Part shown: positions 30,565 to 42,760 of the stretch, piece after piece
Numbering within the stretch: position 1 is the stretch's first letter
How the letters are laid out: every line of letters starts with the position of its first letter
Assembly (NCBI GenBank): GCA_964016885.1
Contig: OZ024740.1
Span: 294,438,001 to 294,502,000, forward strand
Origin: Eledone cirrhosa
Taxonomy: Eukaryota
Direction: 5' to 3'
DNA length: 64,000 nt
Notes under the pieces: generated by a model
Told to the model about the DNA's origin: nothing
The model's input: the letters and a program-made list of their open reading frames with translations, nothing else
The model's database searches: none
Program-made: the position numbers and the translations under genes

Positions 30565-30711
30565 CCCTTTAGCATATAAACCGTCTGTATCTGGCCAGAA
30601 TTCTCAAACCAGTCGTAAATGGCCATTCATACACTGATGTTAAAGTAATAACATCAAAATCTCATGAAAATACAATAGTAAATCTAGAGTAATGTAAATG
30701 CTAAAGGGTTA
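30565..30711 (-). mobile_element. TTAA MITE, internally deleted
   Basis: CCCTTTAGCATATAAACCG...AAATGCTAAAGGGTTA. Confidence 0.75.
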
Positions 30712-31170
30712 GAGTAAAGACTTTAATTTCTATTGTGATGCAGTTATAATGTTGTTTTGGTAATGTGGTTTCATGCAATACAGGATGTTAAACAATCTAT
30801 AAATTGATAATTTCTCCTCAATAATCCAATGCTGCTCTGTTGAAATTCTATCGTTAGTGTCATCATAATTTAAAATAAGCAGTTCTTCATTTGAATTGAG
30901 AAGTCAATAATATATAGCGTTTATTTCTGATGGCTTTAGTGCTTTCATTCCTATATTTCAATAAAATATACCCCTACAAGTTTCAGTTAAATTCTAAAAT
31001 AATCATGAATTTAGATTGGTTTTTTCTAATAATACATTAAAGTGTTTGTTTTGAAAACAACTTAATAAAAAGTTCTTCCATAAATGTATTATGGAATTTA
31101 TCTTAAACTACTCTAATTACAGGTAAAACTTGAAATATAAAGTTATTTAAATACAATCATACATAATGAG

Positions 31171-31363
31171 CGGTGGATTGGCAGTATCGGTAGAGGGTCA
31201 GATGCCATGCTTTGCAAGCAAAGAGTTACGGCCTTTTATTGTCTGAGTTCAAATCCCGCCGAGGTTAGCTTTGCCTTTCATCCTTATGGGGTCGATAAAA
31301 TAAAGTACCAGTAATGCACTGGGTTAATTGCTGGCCTTGTGCCAAAAGTAGAAACAATTATTA
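31171..31363 (+). mobile_element. SINE family B, full length
   Basis: GGTGGATTGGCAGTATCGGTAGAG head, GAGTTCAAATCCC B box, tail GCTGGCCTTGTGCCAAAAGTAGAAACAATTATTA. Confidence 0.88.
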
Positions 31364-31441
31364 TTTTTATGGCAAAAATGCTGTGATTTCATCACTTTGT
31401 TTTCCTTTTGTTTCCAATTTGCATAATAATTAGGTCCTGCC

Positions 31442-31623
31442 ATTGGCAGTGTCGGTAGAAGGTCGGATGTCATGCTTTGACGCATAGAGTTACGGCCCTT
31501 GCCATTCTGTGTTCAAAACCCGCCGAGGTTAACTTTGCCTTTCATCCTTACGGGGTCGATAAAATAAAGTATCAGTTATGCACTGGGTAATTGCTGGCCT
31601 TGTGCCAAAAGTAGAAACAATTA
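31442..31623 (+). mobile_element. SINE family B
   Basis: Same sequence as 31171-31363. Confidence 0.88.
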
Positions 31624-32378
31624 TATGGAACAGTTGATAGTGATTAGGCACTGCCATTATTATATGGAACACTTGATAGTGATTAGGCACTGCCATTATT
31701 ATATGGAACACTTGATAGTGATTAGGCACTGCCATTATTATATGGAACACTTGATAGTGATTAGGCACTGCTATTATTATATGGAACAGTTGATAGTGAT
31801 TAGGCATTGCTATTATTATATGGAACACTTGATAGTGATTAGGCACTGCCATTATTATATGGAACACTTGATAGTGATTAGGCACTGCTATTATTATATG
31901 GAACACTTGATAGTGATTAGGCACTGCTATTATTATATGGAACACTTGATAGTGATTAGGCACTGCCATTATTATATGGAACACTTGATAGTGATTAGGC
32001 ATTGCTATTATTATATGGAACACTTGATAGTGATTAGGCATTGCCATTATTATATGGAACACTTGATAGTGATTAGGCACTGCCATTATTATATGGAACA
32101 CTTGATAGTGATTAGGCACTGCTATTATTATATGGAACACTTGATAGTGATTAGGCACTGCCATTATTATATGGAACACTTGATAGTGATTAGGCATTGC
32201 CATTATTATATGGAACACTTGATAGTGATTAGGCACTGCTATTATTATATGGAACACTTGATAGTGATTAGGCACTGCTATTATTATATGGAACACTTGA
32301 TAGTGATTAGGCACTGCCATTATTATATGGAACACTTGATAGTGATTAGGCATTGCCATTATTATATGGAACACTTGA
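31622..32378. repeat. 39-bp minisatellite, about 19 copies
   Basis: Unit TATATGGAACACTTGATAGTGATTAGGCACTGCCATTAT. Confidence 0.98.
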
Positions 32379-32478
32379 ATAACAATAAACACGTTTGTAA
32401 TCAATGTTTCAAGCCTTGAATATGAATGAGTTTAGTTTCTTTTGGAAATGTTAACTGCTTTGTTACCATATCTTATAT

Positions 32479-32664
32479 ATAATTGTTTCTACTTTAGGCA
32501 CAAGGCCAGCAATTACCCAGTGCATTACTGGTACTTTATTTTATCGACCCCGTAATGATGAAAGGCAAAGTCAACCTCGGCGGGATTTGAACTCAGATCG
32601 TAAAGGGACGTAACTATGCTGGACAGCATGGTGTCTGACCCTCTACCGATACTGCCAATCCACC
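32479..32664 (-). mobile_element. SINE family B
   Basis: Reverse complement of 31171-31363. Confidence 0.88.
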
Positions 32665-32671
32665 ATGATTG

Positions 32672-33163
32672 GAGGACATGTGAGACTGTGTCACGGATAT
32701 TTTTTTTCTGAATAAGTTATTAAAATAAGTTGGATTACTTTAAATAAATCATGAATAAATATTATGTAATTTATCTACTAAATTTTGTAGCTGTTAATTA
32801 AACATAAATACTCCTATATAAAAGTAATGTTTAAAGATTCACTTCTTTAAAATTTTCAAATGTCTACACTTCCGGTTAGCGACTGTACACTCTATCACAT
32901 CGCTTATATAAACGTTCATATATTTGCATAGTTATATCATAACGTTTATATTTCTGTCACTAATTTTCTCCTTTTTTGTTTTCATAACATTTCGCCATAA
33001 TGCAGTTTATATATAATATTGTCTTTTTTAAATGTATCATGGATTACTTTACTGATTACAGACGAGAGTGTAACACAGTCTCTCTTCAATTTCTGAGCAT
33101 ATTGTCAATATGCACACTACGCATGCTAGCAGAAAACCACCCGAAGGGTGGTTTTTCTGCTAG
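32672..33163 (+). mobile_element. Non-autonomous Helitron-like element, copy 2
   Basis: Homologous to 174-657; 3' hairpin CTAGCAGAAAACCACCC-gaa-GGGTGGTTTTTCTGCTAG|T. Confidence 0.55.
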
Positions 33164-33942
33164 TTTCTAATAAAAGATATTGCCTATGATTTTCAAATAA
33201 TTTTGAAAATAATCAAGAATTTGGAGGGATTTAGTAACATAAGGTTCTCAGATAAAATAAACACTTTAAAACAAACAGCATTGTATCATAAGAATTCTAG
33301 GCAGTTTCAGATTGTTTTGTATCAGAAGAGTTAAACATTTTTTTTTCTCCTTTCATTCTCTTTCTGAAATTCATTGCTTTCAATAATGCTGCCTGATATT
33401 GTTTTTCAAAAATTAAAACATCCAGGTCTAAGTCCATCACATGTTATGCTTGAAATATTTGAATCATTATTTACAGCATTCAAAAATCATTCAAATTTAG
33501 ACTCACTATTACTAAATCTGAGCACTGTACACAATAATTTTCATTATTTCAAAAGGCAAAGCTAACCCCAGTGGGATTTGAACTCAGAACGTAAAGAGTC
33601 AGAACAAATACTGCTATGATGTTCTTCAGAAATGCCACCCTGAAACCCAGATCTTCATTAACAAAACTATAATTTGGCATATTATAAAAAGGGCAGAGTA
33701 TTATAGAAATAAGAGAAAAAAGGGGCAAGGAGGGGGAATTTGGAAGTTATATCCAAAAGTTCAGAAAACCAAATTCACATCTAAAGATGGTGGTGTACAG
33801 CAAGTGTTTACTTAGAGAAATCACGTGTTAACACTAATAAAGGAATCATATTTATGTTGATTTGTATATGAATAGCTAAATACAGGTTATTTCCAGTGAC
33901 TTTGCTATTCTATGATGATGGGCAGTATCAGCCAAGCTGGTA

Positions 33943-34405
33943 ACATCATCATCATTGTTTAACATTCATTTTCCACTCTAGCATGGGTTAGACGGGTTTT
34001 CTCATTTGAGGCAAGTTGGGTCAGGTGGCTAGATTTCTACGGCTAGATCCCCTTCCTAACACCAACCACATTTACAGTGTGTGCTGGGTGCTTTTAGTTG
34101 TGACACCTACACGACCACTTTACAGTGTGTGCTGGGTGCTTTTTGTTGTGACTCCTACACAACCACTTTACAGTGTGGGCTGGGTGCTTTTTGCCGTGAC
34201 TCCTACATGACCACTTTACAGTGTGGGCTGGGTGCTTTTTGCCGTGACTCCTACATGACCACTTTACAGTGAGGGCTGAGTGCTTTTAGTCATGACACCT
34301 ACATGACCATTTTACAATGTGGACTGGGTGCTTTTTGTCATGACTCCAACATGACCACTTTACAGTGTGGGCTGGGTGCATTTTGTTGTGACACCTACAC
34401 AACCA
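33943..34405 (-). mobile_element. RTE 3' tail with seven tandem 48-bp units
   Basis: (CAT)n tail, CCCTTCCTAACACCAACC motif, units at 34071, 34119, 34167, 34215, 34263, 34311 and 34359. Confidence 0.88.
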
Positions 34406-34544
34406 AGGAGTCAAATAATTAGGTTACTAATAGATACTTCATACAGTCTCTTCTGGTAGCATCTAGTCAGTAAATATCAGGATTATAAATGAATTGTGAT
34501 TGCAATAATTTTTGTCATTTAACTCTGTTAAGTATTTGCAAACT

Positions 34545-34590
<46 letters not shown>

Positions 34591-34593
<3 letters not shown>

Positions 34594-35335
34594 GTCTCGA
34601 ATACTCCCCCCCTGCTTATTAATTTTTCAGATTTTTTTCAAACCCCCTGCTCTTATTAAATTTTGCTAATCTATCTCCGGCGAAATTTTATTTTAAGTGG
34701 TAGCATTCTTGCAGCAATTAATTTTCTTTAAACATTAAAAAACATTGAACATGACAAAAAAAAAAAAGAAAAGAAAAAAAGAAAAGAAAAGAAAAAAAAA
34801 AAAAAAATTACAAAAAATCTCATACATTATAAAATAAATACAATGGGTTGAGGTCGCCATCATCATCATTTTACGTCCGCTTTTCCCTGCTTGCAAGGGT
34901 GGGACGGAAACTGATTCTGGCTTGATTTCTACAGCCGGATGCCCTTCCTAACACCAACCTCATTTACAGTGAGTGCTGGCTGCTTTTTTGCCGTGGCACC
35001 TCCACGACCACTTTGCAGTGGAATGATAGGGAACCCAGTCCCTATCATCTCATTTCTACAGCTGAGTAAACTGGAGCAATGTGAAATAAAGTGTCTTGCT
35101 CAAGGAAACAACACATCACCCGGACTGAGAATTGAACTCACAACCTTTTGATTGCAAGGCCAATGCTTAAACCACTAAGCCATGTGCCTCCATATGTAAA
35201 CAAAGTGACTGATTCTAGTTTTTAAAAAAATCAACAGAGACGACCCAGAAAAATTATTGATTTTCAAACTCCCCTACTTATTCCACCCACTACCCACTTA
35301 TTCACCCCCCTCCCATTATTTGGGAACTGAGAGTA
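34591..35335 (+). mobile_element. TA MITE interrupted by a SINE A
   Basis: Both halves align with 27741-28117; right TIR TTATTTGGGAACTGAGAGTA. Confidence 0.75.
34858..35191 (-). mobile_element. SINE family A, full length
   Basis: Reverse complement of 22538-22881. Confidence 0.92.
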
Positions 35336-35494
35336 TATATATCTGTGTGTGTGTGTGTAAGATAGATTTAATTTGGTCAGTGATCTCCTGAGTATATTCT
35401 TAAGTATATCTTCTAAGACATAAAGTCCCCTTACCCTTCATATATCTTACATAAGAATTTAATATTTCTACATTAAATATCATTACTTTTAAGA

Positions 35495-36900
35495 TCTTCT
35501 CTTCTTCTTTGCCCACTTATTCCTGAGAGGGTTGTGGGTGCAGAGTCCTCAAACACTCCTTCCAGAGGGTCCTGTCAGAAGCAACCATCTCCAACTGATC
35601 CGGCTGGATCCCTAAGTGAAACCAGTCAAGCTCAGGGATGTTATCCAATCATCTTGCTAGGGGTCTACCACTGGGTCTCCTGCCAGTTGGTTTTGCCCGT
35701 AAAATATGTCCAGCAATTCTTTCTCGAGACATTCTAACCATATGCCGATCATATCAGAGCTGTGATCTCTCAATTCAGAGAAGCAGCAGTTCTACCTGGA
35801 ATGACTCTCTGATCTCTGAGCTATGCACTCTATCAAGTAACGTTACTCCAAAGACCCTTTGCATTTCGGCTGCTTGTATTGTCCATCATATTCTTTCAAT
35901 CGTTACCCAAGATTCAGGTAAGGGCTGGCATGAATACCAAATTGAAGATAGCAACTTTAGCTTTTACACCTACCCCCTTCTTCTGATTAACAAATGCTGA
36001 AGCTGGCGCATTACTGCACCAGCTCCTGCAACTCTATCACTTAATTCAGCCTCCTCCTTTCCATCACTCATGAACACAGTCCCGAGATAGTTGAACTTCT
36101 CCACTTGCTTCAGAGGAATTCCATTCACATGTAGGATGCACTGCACAGGCTTCCTTGAAAGGACGAGAGTCTCAGTTTTCTCAGCACAGATTTTCATTTA
36201 TGCTGCACTCAGCATCAAATCTATCAAGTGGAAGTCAGAGATCACCTTTTGTCGAGTTAAGTAACATTATGCCTGCAAATTCAAGTCGACTGATTTTACA
36301 TTCACCAGTCATCATAAAACTTCCAACCCAGCTGTGCATATCAATCTTGTTCATGAAAATAATTGTTTCTACTTTTGGCACAAGGCCAGCAATTATCCCA
36401 GTGCATTACTGGTACTTTATTTTATTAACCTGTAAGGATGAAAGGCAAAGTCAACCTCGGCGGGATTTGAACTCCAACCGTAAAGGGGCTACAAAGCATG
36501 GCTTCCGACCCTCTACCGATACTGCCAGTTCATCATGAAAATAATGAACAGGAGAGATGACAGTATGCACCCTTGGCAGAGCCAAACTCTCACATTGAAT
36601 GTTTTCGATTTAGCACCATTTATCTGAACACAAATACTTGGGCATTCATATAAAGACATCCGGGCAGCAAGAAGCTGACTGTCAATCCCATACTCTTGCA
36701 CAACCTTCTACAGCAGGTCCCGAGGAACGCCGTCATATGTCTTTTCAAGGTCTACAAAACAAGAATATACCTCTTGGCAATACTCCCATGATTTCTCAAA
36801 GACCTGCCACAGTGTGAATATTTGGTCAGCTGTGCTGCGTCCAGGGTAAAATCCACACTATTCATCACCTAGCTTGGACTCAACAATCTCCCTGCATCTA
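35495..36900 (-). mobile_element. Older RTE-like LINE (third family), decayed RT
   Basis: FVDLEKTYD, LCQGCILSSLLFIIFM, MKICAEKTE...QVEKFNYLGTVF peptides; (TCT)n tail near 35500. Confidence 0.85.
36364..36532 (-). mobile_element. SINE family B inserted in a LINE with a 13-bp TSD
   Basis: TSD TCATGAAAATAAT at 36351-36363 and 36533-36545. Confidence 0.9.
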
Positions 36901-36949
36901 AATGTTTATCTATAAACATACCGTATTTCTTTAGAAATATGAAATTTCA

Positions 36950-36999
<50 letters not shown>

Positions 37000-37019
37000 A
37001 GGGGTGTATATATGTATGT

Positions 37020-37354
37020 ACAGCTATCCAAAGGCTGGTAAATCCTTGGTAATCTTTTGGCGGGTAATTATCCAGGTCCAGATGGCAGGTGGGCCATGTA
37101 AGCATGTAAAAATAGTTAATAAATGAAACAAACAAAATACAGGAGGCAATTTAACAGTTATATTAGAGTCACGCTTGGTGGAAGTAGAGGAGGAAAAAAT
37201 ACAACATACACACAATCTTCCAACACACACATATACATAAAAACAATAGAGACATCACATACACAACCACTAACAAAGACATATACACATATATGTACAC
37301 ACTCACATACATAAAAATCACCTATACACACACTCATTCAACACGCGTGATAAT

Positions 37355-37400
<46 letters not shown>

Positions 37401-37802
37401 TACGTTGGTATAGTCACATGATGTAAACAAAGCCCTCACACACACACACCAATGTGCACACTTCACTTTTATAGATTCTGGGACACAGACTGAAACCATG
37501 CACATCTACCAATTTCTTCCCTTTGACACACTCACACAACCACATCCATGCCACAACACTACCCTCCACCCTGCCCACCCCAGGCCAGACCATTCACCCA
37601 CCTCCCCCATCACTTATTTTTTTTTTTAACTTCCTTCCCTAATCTTCTTACACTACTCTTACATCTATCTGTTCTCTCCTTCTCCGAACTTTCTTGAAGA
37701 AAGACTTCTGTCCGAAATATTGAAACCTCCTCCACTTCCACCAAACGTAAATTTGTAAACTGCGTAAATTTACCTCCTGTGTTTTGTTTGTTTCATTTAT
37801 TA
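37020..37802 (+). mobile_element. Penelope-like 3' end with inverted partial pLTR and decayed hammerhead
   Basis: Inverted repeat 37117-37153/37765-37802; HHR remnant TTTC-tTGAAGA-A-aGAC-ttct-GTCC-GAAA-TA-TT-GAAA at 37690-37725. Confidence 0.6.
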
Positions 37803-37903
37803 TATATGTGTATATATATGTATGAATGTATATATATCTATATCTATCTATCTATCTATACAATGTATATATACAATGATATTGAATAAATGGAAACTAT
37901 ATT

Positions 37904-37964
37904 TATTCTATTATATATATTTCAAGGGTACCAAAATTTTGGTACGCTATCATCAGACAAAATA
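37904..37964 (-). ncRNA. Minimal type I hammerhead ribozyme motif (left arm)
   Basis: TATTTTGT-CTGATGA-TAGCGTACCAAAATTTTGGTACCCTT-GAAA-TATATA-TA-ATAGAATA. Confidence 0.72.
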
Positions 37965-38106
37965 CAAAGTGTGTTTTATAAATATTGACATAACCAAGGA
38001 GAATATATACCTTAACGGTTCAAGTTTTCCTCGACTATCCAAGGAAAACTTGAACCGTTAAGGTATATATTCTCCTTGGTTATGTCAAAATTTATAAAAC
38101 ATTTCG

Positions 38107-38167
38107 TATTTTATCTGATGAGAGCGTACCAAAATTTTGGTACCCTTGAAATATATATAATAGAATA
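38107..38167 (+). ncRNA. Minimal type I hammerhead ribozyme motif (right arm, intact core)
   Basis: Stem I TATTTTAT/ATAGAATA (8 bp, one G-U), CTGATGA, stem II GAGCGTACCAA/TTGGTACCCTT, GAAA, palindromic TATATA stem III, UA cleavage site after 38159. Confidence 0.8.
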
Positions 38168-38368
38168 AATATGGTTTTATAAATATAGTTTCCATTTTTT
38201 CAATATCATTGTATATTATATATACTTCAGAAAATCTGTTGAGTGCTCTGAATCAGTTATCAACATTTATATTTGTTGAATTACCAACAAATTGAATATC
38301 CCTTCTGCTTATATATATATATATATATATAAGTGTGTTTTATAAATTATATGTATGATTTATATATA

Positions 38369-38580
38369 TATGAGATTCAACCGAAAAGCTCATAGGCTGA
38401 CCAAGATACACTCATGGACTCATGGAAAGACCAAATGGGGTTTATTTTTTAACATAGTCCCTGGAAAGAAACACTGCAGTTAATAATGAAGGAAGAACTG
38501 AAATTAATGCATGCAAGATTTCAAGGCACTAGCATCACTCCTTCATAGTCAGCCTATGAACTTTTAAGTCAACCCTCATA
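38369..38580. mobile_element. Mariner-like MITE
   Basis: ~32-bp imperfect TIRs TATGAG...AAAAGyTCATAGGCTGA with TA flanks. Confidence 0.75.
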
Positions 38581-38590
38581 TGTGTGTGTG

Positions 38591-38630
<40 letters not shown>

Positions 38631-38634
<4 letters not shown>

Positions 38635-40540
38635 AAAGGTAAACAGAAATAACAAAACAAACAGTACAATACATGGAAGAATTATATTAGTTTAACGCTT
38701 GAGTGAATGAAAGTAGTGGAGGCGGAGGGGCTGTAGTGGTTAGGCTAGGCATGTGCGGAGTCAGTGGTGGGGAGAGGAGAGGGCATGGGGGCGATGAGAA
38801 AGGGGATTATAGGGTTAGGGCTGGAGGTGAGGTGAGTACGTGTGGTCACGGCAGGCGAGGAGCAGAGTAGTTTGTGATTCTTGCTAGAGGTGAGAAAATT
38901 GAAGAGGAGGCGATTAAGGTGAAGGATGAATTAGATATTGGGTTGGGCGAAGGGGGGTGGCAAGTTGAAAAGAGAAAAAGGTAGGCTTTGGGGAGATCTC
39001 GGTTGAGAGAACAGATTTGAGAGAGAGTGGAACAGATAGTCGCTTGCATGAGATGGCAAGAGGAGTGGGTAAGGATGGAATCGAGGGGGGGGGGGTAGAG
39101 TAAGAGGTGGGGTGGAACTTAATGCGGAAACCTCAGGGAATGAGAGGGTAGTGGAGACAGTGACTTCAAAAAAGTGATGTGACTATCATAATGTGTTTTT
39201 GTGAGAAGAGGAGGTTGGAGGGATACAGGGAGGACTGGATGAACATATGGAGTGAGAGGTTGGAGGAAGAGTTTGAGGGTGGAATGGAGGTGGCGGAGGA
39301 AAGATTTGAGATTGGGCATAATGGAGGGCTGAGTGTGGGGAGAGGGTGTAGAAGTGACAGGAGGAAACTAGCGGTGTGGTGCGATGGAGAAAGTGAGGTG
39401 GTGGAAAGAAGAAGTGAAAACACATGGGTGGAGGGTAGAGTAAGAGGGGGAGGAAACTGGAGAGGGTACCGGGGTGAGAGAGAAATAGACTAATGAGATG
39501 GAGAAGGTGGAAGTTAAAAGAGGATCATGGAGAAAAAGTGATAGTGAGTCATGGGGGTATTTGTGTAATGCAAAAAGCAAAGAAAATAATCCAGTGATCT
39601 GAAAAGATATCCAGGTGGAAGTTCAGGTAAAGTCCAGGTATAAATCCAGCTTCAGGGTAAAAATCCAATGTGAAAATCCAACGAATTTGAGAGGTCCATG
39701 TAAACTTTGATATATATATATATATGTATGTAAAAGGTAAACAAAAATAACAAAACAAACAGCACAATATGTGGAAAAATATATTAGTTTAACGCTTGAA
39801 ATAGCAGGAAGAGAGTCTTAACGTTTTGGACACTAGTCCTTCATCAGAAGATAGAGTTAGAAATAGATGATAAATAGAAAGTAAAGAGTGATAAGAGGAA
39901 GGAATGGGGAAAAATGATGAAAAAAAAAAGGGGGACAAAAAAACATGTGCGTATTCAGTAGGTAGGCCATCTTGGAAAGTGGCCAGTGAAATGGTATCTT
40001 CCGCATTAGAAGGTTTAGGAAAGGAGGTAATCAATGTATAGTGAGTACGCATGCGTGTATTGGTGTGTGTGTGTGTGTGTGCATGCATGTGAAGGTGTGT
40101 TTGTATGTTTGAAGGAGAAGCCTTGAACCATGACAAGCTGGCTGCTGAGAGGATGGGGATGCATGAGTGAGTGTGCGCACATGGATTGACCGACATAAGG
40201 TGGTGTATAAGAATGTATATGAATTTCTACATATAGGTACATAAACACACACATAGCTGCAGCCAAGAGGGGCTGTGTAGAAAAGAGGAGGTAGTGAAAA
40301 TGGCAGTAACCTGGATATTCATTACCTGGTAAGGCCATAAGATAAGCTGCATAGCTTCACATTCGACAATACAGTGGTACAACCGTAAACGGCTAAGCTG
40401 CAAGGTGTGAGGTCATAAAGTTCATGGAGGTGGATAGAGCCAGGAAGTGGTGGGGATGAAGTGAATGTTAGGAAAGATTCAACAACAATGACACCACAGC
40501 CGAAAGGCACTGGGTGCCACACGAACACAGATGAGCGAGA
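38631..40540 (-). mobile_element. Decayed Penelope-like element in partial tandem arrangement
   Basis: Direct repeats 38631-38702/39729-39799 (pLTR ends); HHR-like motif at 39816-39851; C/T-rich degenerate ORF remnants (HITFLKSL, MQATICSTL). The family call is an inference from architecture. Confidence 0.6.
39816..39851 (-). ncRNA. Minimal hammerhead motif with core G-to-A mutation (likely inactive)
   Basis: TCTT-CTGATGA-A-GGAC-tagt-GTCC-aAAA-CG-TT-AAGA. Confidence 0.65.
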
Positions 40541-40549
40541 TATATATAT

Positions 40550-40633
40550 GTAGAAGTGGTTACACTTCTACCTAAGTCGTCCCATGGACTGAGTGCTCTA
40601 CCACTACGTATATTACCTTCCAGTGTTCTACCA

Positions 40634-40671
<38 letters not shown>

Positions 40672-40822
40672 TCCCGGTTGCAATCGGGGGTAACCACAGT
40701 TAGTAAGGCACTCATTATATTAGTAGAGTGTGTAAACATCAAGTTTAATATGGAAATGATGATTTATTTTGAATGAAACAGGTCTAGTCCTGTAGAAGTC
40801 GTTACTATATTAAACTTGATGT
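40550..40822. mobile_element. Two adjacent tiny fold-back elements separated by (TA)n
   Basis: Hairpin GTAGAAGTG-gtta-CACTTCTAC (40550-40571) with GACTGAGTGCT; 16-bp inverted repeat 40736-40751/40807-40822 enclosing TGATGA...GAAA-CAGG-TC. Confidence 0.5.
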
Positions 40823-41220
40823 ATATTCATACATATATTATCAGCATCAACATCACCGTGTTACATCTATTTCCTATGTTTGCCTGGATTAGAAGGGTTT
40901 CCAGCTGTAAAAAACATTGCCACAAAAGTCCCATGCAACCTAAGCCATCAAAGAAAAGTCGATGCAAAAATGATGATGATGGTGGTGATCAATTATAATT
41001 TTTTTATTTTAATATTTATGGAAGAGCAATGTTTTTTCGTTTTGTTTTTTCAAGATAATAAAAGCAGTCAGTTCTTAAATGACTAGTGCATAGTGTATAA
41101 CAGTGAAGTAATAACAACATATATCTCCTGACTGGTGTAGAGTATATAACAGTGAAGTAATAACACAATATATACCCCACCCTCGACATTAATAAAACCA
41201 TACAATTTATTAAAATATCA

Positions 41221-41408
41221 CGGTGGATTGGCAGTATCAGTAGAGGGTCGGACGCCACGCTTTCCAGCATAGTTATGTCCGTTTACGGTCTGAGTTCAAA
41301 TCCCGCTGAGGTTAACTTTGCCTTTCATCTTTACGGGGTCGATAAAATAAAGTACCAGTAATGCACTGGGTAATTGCTGGCCTTGTGTCAAATGTAGAAA
41401 CAATTATT
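41221..41408 (+). mobile_element. SINE family B, full length
   Basis: Same family as 31171-31363. Confidence 0.88.
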
Positions 41409-42244
41409 TAATATTAGAGAGAAATGGAGAAGGAAACAAAAACGGTGGTACATTAAAAAATTGGTATAGTACAGTTTTAACCATGTTTATTTGCATTCTG
41501 AGTTCAAATCTCATAACAGTCATCTTCACTTTTTATCATCCCAGAATCAACAAAATAAGTTTAGGGTTTGATTTCACTGATTATGCCTTCTTCTCAAACT
41601 GGTGTCTTTGAACCATTAGAAATGAACTCTTATATTATCTTTTTTCATACAAAGTAGGAATAGAAGTCAGTACAATGCACCTCACATCCTTTCCCTCTAC
41701 CTACTTGCTATTCATATCTTGCTGATGTCTAGTTAAGTCAAGCAATATAACTAGTGAGAGATAGCCTGAGACAGTTGAAAGCAGAAAGAAGGCAATGGAA
41801 GTAAGTGGAAGAAGATACAAAGAAGTATTTATTTGAAACACAGATGGGAAGGAAGGGGATCTCTGAAATAGTGACAATTCTATCGTCAAGACCCAAGAAA
41901 GAAGAATCCAGGCAATGAGAACAGATGAACAAACAAGGAATTTAATTTGATCTTAGACTGCCCAGTGGCAGTAGCAGTACTTACCAACACTAATAAACTC
42001 CTAAAACATATGGTATCTATGTTTGTACATATGTGAAAGAAAAGGACCTCAAAATAGGAGGAAAAGGAGAAATTTTAAGATGTAAGAACTTATAAAAAGA
42101 TAATACATATATCTCTCTGCTATACTTGCAGTTGGTTTGTTTCTGTATACATATAAACGTGCACTATATGTGTAATCACATACAATGACTGTAGCTAAGG
42201 TTTAAACTAAAACATTATCATCACCACCACCAGATTTTACAGGC

Positions 42245-42760
42245 AAAAATCAACCGGCAGGAGACCCAGGCGTAGACCCCGAGCAAGATGGTTGGATAAC
42301 ATCCATCAGCTCAACTGGTCTTGCCTGGGGACCCAACTGGATCAATTAGAGATGATTCCTTCTGACAGGAGCCACTGGAAGAAATGTTTCAGGACTCTGC
42401 CCCCGTGAGCTGTGATCTCTCAATTCAGAGAAGTAGTGGCTCTATCTGGAGTGACTCTCTGATAACTGAACTGCGCACTCTTCGAGTGTCAAAGTCCCTT
42501 CAGAGGAACCACATTTCGGCCATAGAATTTATTTCTTCTTCTTCTTCTGTTTAACATCTATTTTCCATGCTTGCATAGGTTTTGGTTTAGTTTCTACAGC
42601 TAGGTGCCCTTCCTAATGCCAACCACTTTACAGCATTTACTAGGAAAATGATTTCTTTAGCTGGATGATCTTCCTAACACCAACCACTTAACAGCATATA
42701 CTGGGAGCATCTTACAGAGTATACTTGGTGCTTTTGTTGTGGCACCGGCACTACTGCCTT
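42245..42760. mobile_element. Rearranged RTE-like fragments and RTE tail
   Basis: 42245-42405 (+) and 42407-42520 (-) both match 35520-35870 in opposite orientations; RTE tail (-) from about 42535. Confidence 0.6.

Larger units (their letters stand above)
37871..38214. mobile_element. ~345-bp near-perfect palindrome carrying two hammerhead ribozyme motifs
   Basis: Arms 37871-38031 and 38042-38214 with a 10-nt loop; the left arm lacks 14 bp present in the right arm and in the 13.0-kb relative. Confidence 0.9.

Noticed and set aside
31529-32419. CRISPR-like array or repeat protein
   Set aside because: Contiguous 39-bp units with no unique spacers, no cas genes and a eukaryotic context; the ORFs follow from unit length being a multiple of 3.
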